Origin: Patescibacteria group bacterium | GTDB taxonomy: Bacteria > Patescibacteriota > Patescibacteriia > UBA1558 > GWA2-36-10 | Assembly: GCA_041665505.1 (NCBI GenBank) | Contig: JBAYIR010000002.1 | Span: 11,602-75,601 of the forward strand | Length of the DNA stretch: 64,000 bases | Direction: 5' to 3' | Shown here: positions 26,678-40,000 of the stretch, piece after piece | Layout: the number at the start of each line of letters is the position of its first letter | Numbering within the stretch: the stretch's first letter is position 1 | Position numbers and translations under genes: made by a program | Notes under the pieces: generated by a model | The model's database searches: none | What the model was told of the DNA's origin: nothing | The model's input: the letters and a program-made list of their open reading frames with translations, nothing else

Positions 26678-27391
26678 TTAAATAATATTATTAGCAAATT
26701 TACCAATTAAATAACCAGCTAAAAGAGCAATCCCTCCTAAAATAAATACCCTTAATCCCATTTTTTGCCAAGAACCCTTGGTATATCTAGTGGTAGCTGC
26801 TCCCAAAACAAATAGACCTAATAAGGTGATAACTGTTGAAATCTTAATAGCGACATTTATTGGCAGTATAAAATAAGCAAACAATGGAATAAGACCTCCT
26901 ACAATGTAAGCAAAAAACATAAAAATACCATTATGCCAGAGATGATGTTTGACATTAGGAGAAATATTGAGCTCATGGTGAGCCATTTCATGAAGCATCA
27001 GCTTTTTATCTTTAGAGGCTGCTTCAGCCATTTTAACAGCTAAATCTTTGGGCCAACCGTCACGAATATAAATACCAACTAACTCTTGTTTTTCTTCGTG
27101 CGGAAAATCATTTATCTCTTGCTTTTCTTCATAGAGCTTGCGTTTTAAAATATCCGACTCTGACAAATTGGAAATATAAGAACCAATGCCCATAGAAATT
27201 GATTCAACGGAAATAATAACCATACCAGCCAAAACTACTGTAAAATGATCTTGGCTACCAACTGCAATACCAGTCACTGCTCCCAGAGTAGAAACCATAC
27301 CATCCTCTATACCAAAAACTATTTCCCTAATAGAAGAAGCTATTTTGGAATTTTGATGATGAATATAATCTGGATTATATCTATGATGCAT
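26678..27391 (-). CDS. VIT1/CCC1 family Fe/Mn transporter
   Basis: IREIVFGIEDGMVST, ISMGIGSY, GGLIPL. Start moved to ATG 27391. Confidence 0.9.
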   Translation of the reverse strand: MHHRYNPDYIHHQNSKIASSIREIVFGIEDGMVSTLGAVTGIAVGSQDHFTVVLAGMVIISVESISMGIGSYISNLSESDILKRKLYEEKQEINDFPHEEKQELVGIYIRDGWPKDLAVKMAEAASKDKKLMLHEMAHHELNISPNVKHHLWHNGIFMFFAYIVGGLIPLFAYFILPINVAIKISTVITLLGLFVLGAATTRYTKGSWQKMGLRVFILGGIALLAGYLIGKFANNII

Positions 27392-27396
27392 AAAAA

Positions 27397-28653
27397 TTAA
27401 GTACCCATACTCCAAGAAGAAAGATATTTCTTCTGCTCGGCTGTTAAGGTATCAATATTTATATTCATGGCTTTAAGTTTCAACTGAGCCACATATTCTT
27501 CAATATTTTTTGGTACATAATAAACTTTATTTTCTAGTTGTTTATGATTTTTTACTACATACTCACTAGCTAAAGCTTGGGTAGAAAAACTCATATCCAT
27601 GACACTAGCTGGATGACCTTCAGCAGCTGCTAAATTTATCAGTCGTCCATCGGCTAAGACAAAAATTCTTTTTTTACCAACAGTATATTCATCAACAAAA
27701 TTACGAACACCTTTTCTGACTTTAGTGGCCATTTTTTTGAGGCCGGCTACATCAATTTCTACATCAAAATGACCAGAGTTACAGACCATAGCGCCATCTT
27801 TCATTAGTTTAAAATGTTCAGCCCTAATCACATGTAGATCTCCAGTCAAAGTACAAAATAAATCACCAATTTTAGCGGCCTCTTTCATTGGCATCACATC
27901 AAAACCATCCATAGCAGCTTCTAGTGCTTTGATTTTATCCACTTCGGTCACAATGACTTTAGCTCCCATGCCACGAGCACGCATAGCAAACCCCCGACCA
28001 CACCAACCATAGCCAGCTGATACTATGTATTTACCGGCTATGAGCATATCAGTAGCTCTGATAATACCATCAACTGTAGATTGCCCAGTGCCATAACGAT
28101 TATCAAACATATTTTTGGTTTGAGCATCATTGACGGCAATGACTGGTAATTGTAATTTACCATCGGCCTCCATGGCTTTGAGACGAATAACACCAGTAGT
28201 AGTTTCTTCCATCGAGCCCATGACCTTTGGTGCCCAAGATTTATATTTGTTGTGAAGAAGTGATATAAGGTCTGCTCCATCATCCATAGTAATGACTGGT
28301 CGGCGAGACAAAGCGGCATTTAAATGCTGATAATAGGTATCTTTATTTTCCCCGCGGATAGCCATGACTGGTATATTATAATATTTGACTAGCGCTGCCG
28401 CCACATCATCTTGAGTAGAGAGTGGATTAGAAGCTACTAGCAATATATCAGCCCCACCAGCTTTGAGGGCTCTGACCAAATTGGCTGTTTCGGCTGTGAC
28501 ATGTAGACAGGCTGACATCTTAAGTCCTTTAAATGGCTGCCCCTTGGCAAACTTATCTCGGACATTTCTAAGAACTGGCATATCATTGTCTGCCCACTCT
28601 ATTCTTTTTTTACCCTCTTCAGCTAATTTTAAACTTTTAACATGGTGTGTCAT
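27397..28653 (-). CDS. ahcY: S-adenosylhomocysteine hydrolase
   Basis: [60 protein letters not shown]. Confidence 0.97.
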   Translation of the reverse strand: MTHHVKSLKLAEEGKKRIEWADNDMPVLRNVRDKFAKGQPFKGLKMSACLHVTAETANLVRALKAGGADILLVASNPLSTQDDVAAALVKYYNIPVMAIRGENKDTYYQHLNAALSRRPVITMDDGADLISLLHNKYKSWAPKVMGSMEETTTGVIRLKAMEADGKLQLPVIAVNDAQTKNMFDNRYGTGQSTVDGIIRATDMLIAGKYIVSAGYGWCGRGFAMRARGMGAKVIVTEVDKIKALEAAMDGFDVMPMKEAAKIGDLFCTLTGDLHVIRAEHFKLMKDGAMVCNSGHFDVEIDVAGLKKMATKVRKGVRNFVDEYTVGKKRIFVLADGRLINLAAAEGHPASVMDMSFSTQALASEYVVKNHKQLENKVYYVPKNIEEYVAQLKLKAMNINIDTLTAEQKKYLSSWSMGT

Positions 28654-28658
28654 AATTG

Positions 28659-29624
28659 TTATTTATAATTTTGTTTATATCTATTAATAAATTCTTTTAA
28701 AGTAAATTTGTGTGCTTGGGTACCTTGATGTTCCACTGCATAAGCCGCAATAGTACTAGCTAGCTGAGCTGACTTTTCTAAACTAGCTCCTGAGACTAGT
28801 CCTTTTATCAGTCCAGCCCGATAAGCATCGCCAGCCCCTGTGGGATCTATCACTTTTTTGACCTTAGTAGCTTTAATATCTATCCGCCCGTCTTTAGAAT
28901 GTATCTCTGAACCATCAGCTCCTTTGGTAATTACCAAAATGTCTACTAATTTTTCCAATTTATCATGCCCTAGATTTAATTTATCTAAAATTAATTTTAT
29001 CTCATAGTCATTACCAATCAGTATTTTAGAGCCTTTTATCACTTGTCGCAACTCAGAGGCGGTAAAAGAAGTAATCTGCTGACCTGGATCAAAAATATAA
29101 TCTAAACCCATTTCTTTATACAGCCTGATATAGGCTATCATCCGTGGTTTAAAATCAGGTGAAACAATAGCTAGAGCTGGATTTTTTATTTTTCTGACTA
29201 ATGAGCAATATTCAACATCCATTGGTCCTGGATAAAAGCCAGATATTTGATTATCTGCTTTATCAGTCATGATATAAGCTGAAGCAGTGGCTTCTTTTTT
29301 GGATTGTTTGACCAAAGAAAAATCAATTTTATTTTTCTTAAGCCACTGACCATAGCGAGTAAAATCATGTCCAACCAAACCAAGTAAAACTGCCGGCTCT
29401 TTGAGCAAAGCTAGATTATAAGCAATATTTCCAGCCGTGCCACCAAAACTTTCATCAGTTCTTTCTAAAGTAAAACTGACATTTAAAATATGAGTTTGAT
29501 CTGGCAAAATATGATCTGAAAACAAACCAGGAAAATCCATGATTCGGTCATAGACAATAGAGCCAGAAACTAATATTTTTTTATCCCGCGGACGGGATCC
29601 CGCTTTATGGTGATTATTTGTCAT
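28659..29624 (-). CDS. PfkB family kinase, adenosine-kinase-like
   Basis: [34 protein letters not shown]. Adjacent to ahcY. Confidence 0.85.
   Translation of the reverse strand: MTNNHHKAGSRPRDKKILVSGSIVYDRIMDFPGLFSDHILPDQTHILNVSFTLERTDESFGGTAGNIAYNLALLKEPAVLLGLVGHDFTRYGQWLKKNKIDFSLVKQSKKEATASAYIMTDKADNQISGFYPGPMDVEYCSLVRKIKNPALAIVSPDFKPRMIAYIRLYKEMGLDYIFDPGQQITSFTASELRQVIKGSKILIGNDYEIKLILDKLNLGHDKLEKLVDILVITKGADGSEIHSKDGRIDIKATKVKKVIDPTGAGDAYRAGLIKGLVSGASLEKSAQLASTIAAYAVEHQGTQAHKFTLKEFINRYKQNYK
29584..29613. repeat. 30-bp element of the rpoD family, in frame at the N-terminus of the PfkB kinase
   Basis: TCCCGCGGACGGGATCCCGCTTTATGGTGA, encoding [10 protein letters not shown]. Confidence 0.75.
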
Positions 29625-29638
29625 AAAAATAATCTATA

Positions 29639-30085
29639 TCAAGATAATATTAAAAAATTAAAATAATAATGAATAGCTATCGCTATTAAAAAAGCAGGCC
29701 ACAATAAATAACGTTTCCAAGAGGCTAAAGTGACCATAAAAAACATGGTAAAAATATGCAAAGCGGTCGGACCGACAAATCTTTGAAAATAAGCTACTAA
29801 GTTATTCTCCGCAATAAAATCCGGTAAGTAAAAAATATTTTCTGAAAAGGCCAAAATAATACCCACAAATAAAGTAACCGAAAAACGACAGCGAAGACAA
29901 CGAATAGGCAAAATCAGAAAAAATATTAAAAGGACTTTAGCTGATTCCTCAACTATAGCTGGTGCTAATAATAATTTCCTTTCCGAAAATAACAAAAAAA
30001 ATGGTAATACCAAAGAAGATATCATTGCTAAATGGGCATACAAAAAATCTCTAGGAGAAAAAGAGGCATTTATTTTTTTAATCAT
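29639..30085 (-). CDS. PrsW-like intramembrane glutamic protease
   Basis: APAIVEESAK, FSENIFY, R...PTALH and IAIHYYFN motifs. Confidence 0.7.
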   Translation of the reverse strand: MIKKINASFSPRDFLYAHLAMISSLVLPFFLLFSERKLLLAPAIVEESAKVLLIFFLILPIRCLRCRFSVTLFVGIILAFSENIFYLPDFIAENNLVAYFQRFVGPTALHIFTMFFMVTLASWKRYLLWPAFLIAIAIHYYFNFLILS

Positions 30086-30089
30086 TTAT

Positions 30090-31064
30090 TTATTCCCCAG
30101 CATTAAAATAATTATAAACTTCCAAAGAAATATCATTAATTAAAGATTTACTTTTCTCTATCTCAATACCAGAGGTCATCACACAAATAAAGTAAGGATT
30201 TTGCTTATTATAAACAATACCACAATCATGCAAAGCATCATTTCGCTCACCATATTTATGGGACACTTGTATTTCCCAAGGTAATTTGGCAGATAGTAAG
30301 CCCTCTACTCTAGTGTCTGTCAGTAAAGTCAAAAGAGCTTGGGAGTTGGCTGGCTTAAGATAAGTACTAAAAAATAAAGCTTTAAACATTCGCTCATACT
30401 GACGCGGACTGATATTCTGGTTATCATAATCAGCTGTATAAGGATTTTCAATAGCGACATGCGTAAATACTGAATTGAGTTCCTCTGGGTCTAAACTACC
30501 TTTAAGAATATTTTTGGCAGTGTTGTCAGAAATTTTTAACATCCATTCCAATAATTGTTTAACCTTATAACTATGTCCAACTGTATAGCGATCTGGCACA
30601 CCAGCTTCTGTATCTATATCTTCTGCTCTAGCTATTAATTCATCATCTAAATTAATATCCCCTCCCTCATATTTTTTATATATGGCCATAGCAATTGGCA
30701 CTTTGAGTAAACTAGCTGGCACAAAACGTTCTGACTCATTGATGCCTAACCAGGCCCCAGTGTTGGCATCTTGAATATAAAAAGCTACTTTCTTGTCACT
30801 AGGTAGAGTGTCTAGCTGTTTTAATATTTTTTCTTTTAAGGGCACAAAATGTAGCAAGACGCGATCTGGGTCTTGATTGCTATCTAATGGTAAGGTTTTT
30901 ATATTATTACTCAACATGGTATAGCTATTATACCAATTTTGATATTCTAAACTTTGTTTATCATACAAAGCTTTTTGTTTTTTGAAAGCCCAATAAAACC
31001 AAACATTACTGGCTAACAACAAAATAATTAAAAATACCAAAATATATAAATGTTTTTTACCCAT
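30090..31064 (-). CDS. Membrane-anchored serine hydrolase, class A beta-lactamase-like fold
   Basis: N-terminal TM, SxxK (PASLLK), SDN, HKYG and HDCGIV. Confidence 0.8.
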   Translation of the reverse strand: MGKKHLYILVFLIILLLASNVWFYWAFKKQKALYDKQSLEYQNWYNSYTMLSNNIKTLPLDSNQDPDRVLLHFVPLKEKILKQLDTLPSDKKVAFYIQDANTGAWLGINESERFVPASLLKVPIAMAIYKKYEGGDINLDDELIARAEDIDTEAGVPDRYTVGHSYKVKQLLEWMLKISDNTAKNILKGSLDPEELNSVFTHVAIENPYTADYDNQNISPRQYERMFKALFFSTYLKPANSQALLTLLTDTRVEGLLSAKLPWEIQVSHKYGERNDALHDCGIVYNKQNPYFICVMTSGIEIEKSKSLINDISLEVYNYFNAGE

Positions 31065-31074
31065 AATAATTTAA

Positions 31075-34000
31075 TTAACCTTCTATTTCTGTTATGTATT
31101 GCCCATAAATCCAGCCACTGATTTTATCATCGACTATAACCTTATACCAATTATAGCTATCATCAGCCACACTCTGTTTTTCTACAGCCTCAAATTTATC
31201 ACCACTATTCACTTGCGTCAAGATTTTAGCACTCTTACTGGGATTTTCTCGTAGATTCAACCAACCAGTTGGCGTATCTTTAACGATCAAATAAATAACT
31301 ACTACCTCCTCCACTCCTGTACTAGTGGCAGTACTAGAACTATTTCCTCCATCAGAAAATGATAAATCAATTAACTCATTATCTATATTCCCCGAAATAA
31401 CAAAATCATCAACTGCTTCATTAGTGACTAAATCGTTGACATTAGTAACTATAGCTTTATTATCGCTAGTAGCTATTATTTTATTTTTCAAAATCATTAT
31501 TTGTGACCTTAACAGATAAGCACTAAAGACTGCCAATATAATAATTAAGACTAACCAAACTATCTTACGATTTATTTTCTGCCAAATAAATTTGGTAAAA
31601 TTAACGTTTATTTTTTCTTCTATAGCTTCTATAGCTAATTTACTCACTTTCTTTTTAGCTCTAGTAGATTTTTTTGCTTTTGCCCCACTAGAAGCTACCA
31701 GTGGTTTTGGTTCGCCGGCAATAACTGCCATATTGCTCTGCAAAGCTAACTGACCATTGGCAATATTTATCTGATGTCGCCACATGGAGAAAAGTATAGT
31801 GACTAGTAGTGCGAAGCCAGTGACAAAAGCAATGATTATACCCCAAACTGAAACTGCTTGCATACCACCAAAGGCACCCAAAAATCCTTGAGAAGCATCA
31901 GCTTGTGTAACCAAAGCTTTTAATTCTTCTAAATCTTTGTTGACGGCACTTAAACTTTCTTTGTTCTCCCGATAAGTCATTATTTTATCTTGAGGCGAGG
32001 CAGTATTTTCTTTTTGGGTACGCAAAATCTTTTCTACTCTTTCATCAACGTCATTTTTTAGTAAAAGAGCTTGGGAAGAATATTGATTTTTTTGTAATTT
32101 TTTATAAAAATCACCAGCTTGAGCTTGAGCTAAACTCAAATCATTTTCCGCTATGAGCCAAATGTCACGCATCTTGATAAATTTTTTGACTGACTCACCT
32201 GGTTTAAGTTCAATTTCACCACTAGCAAATAATGTGTCCAATTGAATATCATACTGTATATTGAAACCGCCATCATCTATAATATGCTCAGTCTTGGCCT
32301 CTTTTGGTAAATAAATCTTAAACGGCACTTTTTGGGTAATTAAAGCTGGATTGGATATCATGATATTTAAATCGACTGATCCTGATGTATACCAAGTACT
32401 GACTATTGGTGAAGCAGTCTCTTGCACTACTTGTCTTTGGACATTAGCGACAGTTTTAAAATCAGCTATCTTATTACGGACATATTTGACATCATCCATA
32501 TTTTCTCTAGATACTGATAAAATGGTGTCTAAGGTATCATTATCTAGCCGTCCCAATTTTGTATTAATACTACTTATGGAACTAGAAATAGTACCCATAG
32601 CACTAAACATTTCTTCTGGCTTAAGATTATAAACATTAGTATGATTAGTAGTGCTACTGCCTGAGCCGACTTCAATATCATTAATACTTGTTTCTAAACT
32701 AGCAATACTAGCTTCAATATTATCTAATTGCGTTTTAATCAAAGCAATATCTTCCTTAATTAAAGTTACATCATCTTTTATACCAGCTACGTCTGATTGA
32801 ATGGTGTTTATTTTAGTGACTGGTACAGCTAGCTGTTTTAATATTGTAAAAGCATCACCGTTATTTGGCGCAAAAGGCAAATCTGGTTCTAGAATAATAG
32901 CTTTGGTCGTACCATTATAATCATCTATCCGCCTAGCCACTCCGCTATTTTGACCAGAAGTAAATGTCAATAAGGCATGAGTATACAAATCATCAACTGT
33001 ACTGGCTAAGTTACTTCCTAATAATGAAAGCGTGGAGGCAATCTCAGCTGTACTGACAGTAGATCGTATAGCAATCAAATCATCCGATAATAAATCAATT
33101 GTATTTTGTAAGGTGCTAATACCACTACTCAATGTCGTCTCAGTAGATTGTAAATTTGAAAGAGTGGCTAATGATCCACTATCCAAATTGGCACCTGATA
33201 AATAGCGTCCACTATAAGCCCAAACTGAGGCAGCATCTAAAGTAGCCGCATTTGAAGTTTGTGCTAAAATTGTAAAAGTATCAGCATCAGTCGGAGCTAA
33301 AGATAAAGCTGGATCAACTGTAATAGCCTTGGTCGTACCATTGTAAGCAGTGATACGTCTGACTTGGCCAACATTCATACCCGAGGTAAATAATAAAATA
33401 TTATTTTTATAAAAATCATTAGTAGCATTGGTCAGAGCAGTAGCAAAAACTGTAGTAGAAGGAGATAAATCAGCCACTGCCGTCTCCGCTACAATCAAAG
33501 CACTAATAATTTTGTCTAATTTAGCACTATTAGCACTAATAGCATTAGATAAAACTGTTTCCGTGGCTTGAATGTCTGATAAAGTAGCTAGTGACCCAGT
33601 GTCCAAAGTAGCTCCTGATAAATAACGGCTACCATAAGACCAAATAGCCGCTGCATCCACTGCTGAATTAGCTGTTTGGGCTAAAATAGTAAAGGTATCG
33701 GCATTGCTTGGAGCACTAGCTAAGGCTGGCGAAACAGTGATTTGTTTATTGGATCCAACATAGTCTGTAATACGACGAGCCTGGCCTGCATTAACGCCAG
33801 AAGTAAAGACTAAAACTCCATTGTTATAAAAATCATTAGAAGTACTAGTTAGAGTAGTAATAAATTGTGTATCACTTGCACCAGCATCATTAACAGCTTT
33901 TTGAGCAACAATTAAATTATTTATCAAAGTATCCAGCTGAGCACTCAAAGTAGTTTCAGTGCTTTCGATGTCTGATAAAGTAGCTAGTGACCCAGTGTCC

Positions 34001-37000
34001 AAAGTAGCTCCCGATAAATAACGACTACCATAAGACCAAATAGCTGCTGGATCTAAAGAAGCATTAGCCGTAGCTGCTAAAATTGTAAAAGTATCACCAT
34101 TAGCTGGCGCGGAATTTAAAGCTGGGTTGAGTGTTAGTTGTTTGGTAGCCCCAACATAATCAGTAATACGTCTGACTTGACCCGCATTAGCACCAGAGGT
34201 AAAGACTAAAACTCCATCATTATAAAAATCATCACTAGCACTAGCTAAAGTACTAATAAATTGAGTATTAGAAGCTCCAACATCATTGACCGCTTTTTCA
34301 GCAATAATTAAAGTAGCTATAAATTGATCTAAAGTGGCTTGTAAAGCCGCTAGATCACTAGCTGAGGCGCGAGAAGAAATAGTAACGTCAATATTAGTTT
34401 TTAATAAGGTGCCAATACTATCAACAGCTGTTATAGAAGTAAGTAGTGTATCCCATACCCTCTGAGCTGTCACATCACCGGCTGTCAACTCACGACTAGA
34501 ATAAGCCCAAACCGAAGCCGCTAAAGATGCTAGACCGTCATTTTCAATATCAGTAATTGTCCTAGTGGCTGCTGACCAGACATCAGTGGCTGTCAAATTA
34601 CTAATACCACGTGAAGATATAGTAGCATCTAAATTATCAGCTATTAATTTACCGATTGACCCATTTTGTGACAAGAGAGCTGAAGCTACATCCCATACTT
34701 GTGTCGGATCATCTAAGCTTACTCCTCCGGTCAAAGTGCGGACACCATATTCCCAAACTTGTTGGGCTGACAGGTTATTTAAAGCGGCAATAGCTTCATA
34801 ATTTTGTTGAATGCGTCCAAATAAAGTATCAGCACTGGATAAATCAGAAGGTGAACCCACTAAGGTTTCTAGGGTATCAACGTAACCCTCCATCTGATCA
34901 ACATAAGCTAATACTGACTGTAAATCTTGATAAGCTGAAGTCGATTGTCCATTGTAGCCTAATTCTGTTTGGACAGAATTTATCTTATTATAGGCGTCAT
35001 CAGCTTTGTTGAAAATAGCATCAGCTGTTTGAGTACCCCATTTTTCTTGTAAAAATTTACTGCGGCCAAACAAAGTATTGGCACTGGATAAATCTGTATG
35101 TTCACCAATTCTAGTCTGGACAGTAGTCAAAGACGAAATAATATCAGCCGCACTATAGGCTCCCCAATTAGCCACAATATCATCTACTTGAGTTCTAATA
35201 TATTGAGTATCTGTATAAATATCATCCACCTTAGCCTTTATATAAGTCACATCAGCTTGCAAGGTGGCAATCTCCGCACTAGTGGCCAGTGCTCCACCGC
35301 CTGACAAAGTAGCACTAGTCAGTTTTCTATCTACATATTCCCAGACTGCTTGAGCAATTTCTGCAGCTGAAGCTCCACCACCACTAGAGCTGACGTTGGA
35401 ATATTGGCTTAATACCACGAACTCATCATTAAAAGCTGGGGCAAATGGTAAAGCTGCATCTACTGTAATGGCTTTAGTAGTACCATTATAACTAGAAATA
35501 CGACGAGAAATACCAGCATTTTGACCAGACATCATAACCACAGTTTGATTCTGATAAAAGTTTGATGTCGCTTCAGTCAAATCAGTCACAAAAGTAGTAG
35601 CTGTAGCTGCCACATCGCTGACTAAACCTCTTTTGACAGCCAAACGATCATTGAGCAACTGACCAAAAGATCCATCAATATCAGCAAATGAACCAACTTG
35701 AGCTCCCCAAATACTAGAAGCTGTGAGTCCTGTAGACAACCAAGGTGAGACTGGCTGACCAGAAGAGAAAAAGTCTAGAGTACCAGTATCTACTGTGCCT
35801 GACAAAACAGAAACGTCATCTAAATAAACAAAAGGTCGTCTGAAAAGCTGATAGTCACCAGCAGTAGCATTGACCATGGTCGTGCTCTTTAAATGTGGTG
35901 CTACTATACCTTTTAAAAATAATATAGTTGGCGTATTTTTTACTACCTCAAAAATACGACCGTAAGTATCTTTAAATAAATAGCCAACCCATTGATTGGG
36001 TGTCCAAGATTTATCTACATCTTCCACCCATGGTGGTAAATAATTACCTAATGGATTAAATATCACTTCACTACTACCCTCATCTTCCACTACAAAAGAT
36101 GACTGCGCGGATATAGTCAAATCTGCCAAAGCAGATTCTGTTGGTGTACCAGAAACTACAAACTGTTGCCATTCATTAGCTGTGTCGGCAGCAGTCCAAG
36201 TCAAATTAGCACCAGTCATACCAAGACCTGACAAAGTAACTGTTGGTAAATTACTGGATCCATAATAACTATTAACTCGAATATAGCCCGTGACCGCTAG
36301 TGGCTCATTGGCCACACCAATAACTTTGGCTGAATATTCCAAAGGCACATCTGCACTTTGCGACTCCATACGCCAAGCATAACCACCAGGTGTATGCACG
36401 GTAGTGTCAATTAGACCAGCACCAGTAGTACGCATATTACCAAAAGTACTTTGATTGACTATATCTCTGGTACTACTAGAATAATTCATACGAATATCAG
36501 TACCTGGTATAGTACTAGCCATATAAGTATCCCCCAAACGAGACATATTATTATAATCTTGGGTGCCAAAAAATACTGGGCTCAAAATCTGCGTATCCAC
36601 ACCAGTAAACTGTAATAATGATTCTGCTTCAAAAGTTACAGTATTTGGTGGCATACTAATATCTGCTTCATTCCACATACCACGTCCAAAAATACTACCA
36701 TTATCAGTCACTGATACAGAAGAATAAGAAGGATGCGAACGGATACCTGAACCATATTCAGCACCAACTGTCACTGAACCATCAGAAACATGCCCATCAA
36801 AGGTATTATCAGACATATTAACAAAAGCATTACCATGCAAACGAATACCATTGGTATTTAAAGAAAATTTATTATCATTAATAGTGACCTTGGCAACGCC
36901 GACACCAAAGTTTAGTGCTCCAGATGTTCCAGCACCAGTCACACCATTATTATAAAATTCAGAATTAGCTACAGTATATAAACGACCAGACACAAAGGTC

Positions 37001-40000
37001 GCCGCACCACCGGCTGCTGCTGGCGGGGCAGTTACATAGGCATTACGATGACCCATGAAAATACTACCGTCAATACCAACATTTTGACTAGTAAAAGCGT
37101 TATAACCAGCGCCAATATTGGCTGCTCCCACATGAGTAGTCACAAAGTAAGCACCAACCATATTTGAGCCCTGAGTTTTAGCTATGACAGTATAAGCTCT
37201 GTCAAAATAGTTATAAAAAACTGATTTAGAAATTGTCTGTGTTGGGTATGGTGTTACCGAGGTATAAGGATTAGTAGTCACAGCAAAATTATTATACTGA
37301 TTTTCCATTGACAGATGATTCAAATTCATACTGGCTAGCCCGGCTAGACCCACTGCTGATACACCAAAACCAATTCCTTGATTTACCATATTAGCTGCTG
37401 CCAAAGTTGCACCAGTGTAAGAAATATCTTCATCTGACCAAATATGCGTACTGCGCTTGAGATTCAAAACTGGTGAATAAGTCGGACTAGAGCTGGAATC
37501 CCTAGCTGCTTTATGATGATAAGTAAAATTGTGTGACCAACCAGCTAAAGTGGCCGCTGTTCCATTTTCCTCATGACCAGAACCATATTTGATACGAGCC
37601 GAAGGAGTATATTTTTCTCCAGTATTATCTACCCAAACACGAGTGCGCTCTGGATAAGTAATTACCCTAATTCTTTCATTACCAGTATCAGCACCATTGG
37701 TAAAAATCATATTAGGACTACCCCAGGCATAATCAGCCCAAACCCAACCCTCTTGGGGATTCATAGCGCTGTCAAAACTAGCTCGATAAATATTTGTGCC
37801 AATACTGGAGCCACAACCAGCTGTTGCTCCTCCAGTCCAAATAGTTGCCGGTACTGTAAAATTACCAAAATTACAAGCATCAGAAGTATCTACTTCATAA
37901 TCAAAAATATTAAACTCATCAATCGCTCCATCAAAAGCGCCATTGTACTGCCAATTATTACCAAGTCTAATTAAACCAGCATTAGCACCACGGGCCGCTA
38001 AAGTCGTACCTTGGTTAGTTTCAAAAGCTACACCATCAAGCCAAGCTCGTTTAAAAGCCGTGGCTGTTTCTCGCCAAGCTACCCGTAAATGATGCCACTC
38101 GCCAGCCGTAGCTGAGAAGGTCTGCTGTAAGACAGTGCCTTGTACTGCACCAGCATAAATAGCTACCTCTAATTTACCATTAGTATTATGTCTGACAAAC
38201 AAACGATCCGTATCACCTTGGTTAGCGTAGTCAAGTAAATATTGACCATAAGGACTAGTGGAAGTTGCCGGTGAACCAGTATAATTAGTTTTAAACCAAA
38301 GATCTATTGTGCCATGTTGCCTAGCTGTAGCTGTGCCACTCTGACCTTCTATATTATAACGAGTGGCAATCGGACTACCAGTTGTCGCCCAAGTAGGTGG
38401 CATTAAAACTGCACTACCCATACCATTGACGCCAGTCCAAGCGCCATTATTTCTCAAATAATTATTTTGTAAAAGCAACATCCGATCACCAAACTTGGTG
38501 GCTGTTGGGTTACCAGAGTTTATACGCAAAGAAATTTTACTATCTGGTGCAGTATAAGTTGTACCTGGTGTAGCTGTACCAGCTGCACCTGTGGTACTGC
38601 CTGTGACTGTATAATTACTATTAGTCGGGTTCCACTCAAAATCCCAAACTTCATATTTAGTATTAGCATCACTAGTTGTAATACCTATACTATTATCTAA
38701 ACCCTTATAGCTCTTAATAGCGGTAGAGCTAATATAAATTTTATCTCCCACTTCAGGTCTGACTGTGCCATTCCAACCACCTTTATGTTTAATAGTAAAA
38801 TTTAAATAAGAACTAGTGAAAGGCACACTGGGATAAGCATTACCTATTGGTCCAGCACTTGATCCAACTAAACGCCAATAATCAGCATCATCAAAATTAT
38901 CGGCCCAGCCATTACTAGCACTCATAGAATCAAAAATCGCTTTGGTGCCAGCACCACTGGTCGCTGATCCTACATAAACACCTGTTTTACCAGTGGTGTA
39001 AGTAGCATTAGTAGTTGTAAAATCCCAAGAGCCTGGTTCGCCAGAATTGCAATCAGTAGTAGCCCAAAATTTGACACTTAGTGCTGTGCCTGTTACATCA
39101 GCTTTTAGACAATACCAAGTACTATCACTAAAAGCTTTGGTGGTTGGTGTGCCAATTACCGTTGGTACACCAGCTAAAGTAGTATAAAGCCCTACCGTGT
39201 TGGCGGCATTGGTCTTAGTAATTAAAGCAGCATAGCCATTACCATCAATACTCTGTCTCATTAAAAATCCTAAGCGACGTGAAGTAGCATCAGCTGCCAT
39301 ATCCATATAAACTAAGCCCGAAACAGTATAGTCAGTCGTATCTACATTGGTATTTTGAATATTAAGATGAGTCAAGTTTGTCTCATTGATATTCATCTGA
39401 CCATCTTTGATATGCCAAACATAAGGAGCTGACGGCGGCACAATAGCAGCCGCAGAATATTTGTGAGTTTCTATCCAACCTGGTGAATTACCATATTCTA
39501 AAGTAAATGTTTCATTGGGATTATAGCTCAAGCCAGTGGTAATCTGTCCAAGCTTAGCTTCTTGACTACCTGAAGATACATTAAGTACCCCCGAATCAAT
39601 ACGCTCTAGACCACTCATACCAATGGGTGTATTTTGATTAACTGGCGAAGTGGTCCAAGAAGTAAAACCAGAAATTCGCACCCTCACCCAATAGGCATTA
39701 ACTCCATTGATAGTAGTTTTGGCTGGAGTGCCAGTCAAATCATAAGGCGTCCAACTTAAAATGCGACGTGGAGAATTACCATTTTCTGTGAAAAAATTAC
39801 TAGGATTAAATGATTTCCACTGTCCGCCATTGAGACGAGAAATCGTAGCTGACTGAGCTGTAGTATAGTCAGCCGTCACTGGCTCCGTAAAAGTAATAAC
39901 ACCCGCAGCGACCGCACTAATACGCCTATAGATTGGGCTAGAATCATTATCATCTATCATTACTACTTGATCAACGCCAAAGTTGGCTTGATTACCAGAT

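Noticed and set aside
30090-31064. Bona fide antibiotic-resistance beta-lactamase
   Set aside because: The fold motifs are present, but there is no clear omega-loop ExxLN motif, it has KYG instead of KTG, and it is membrane-anchored. A PBP-like hydrolase is more likely.
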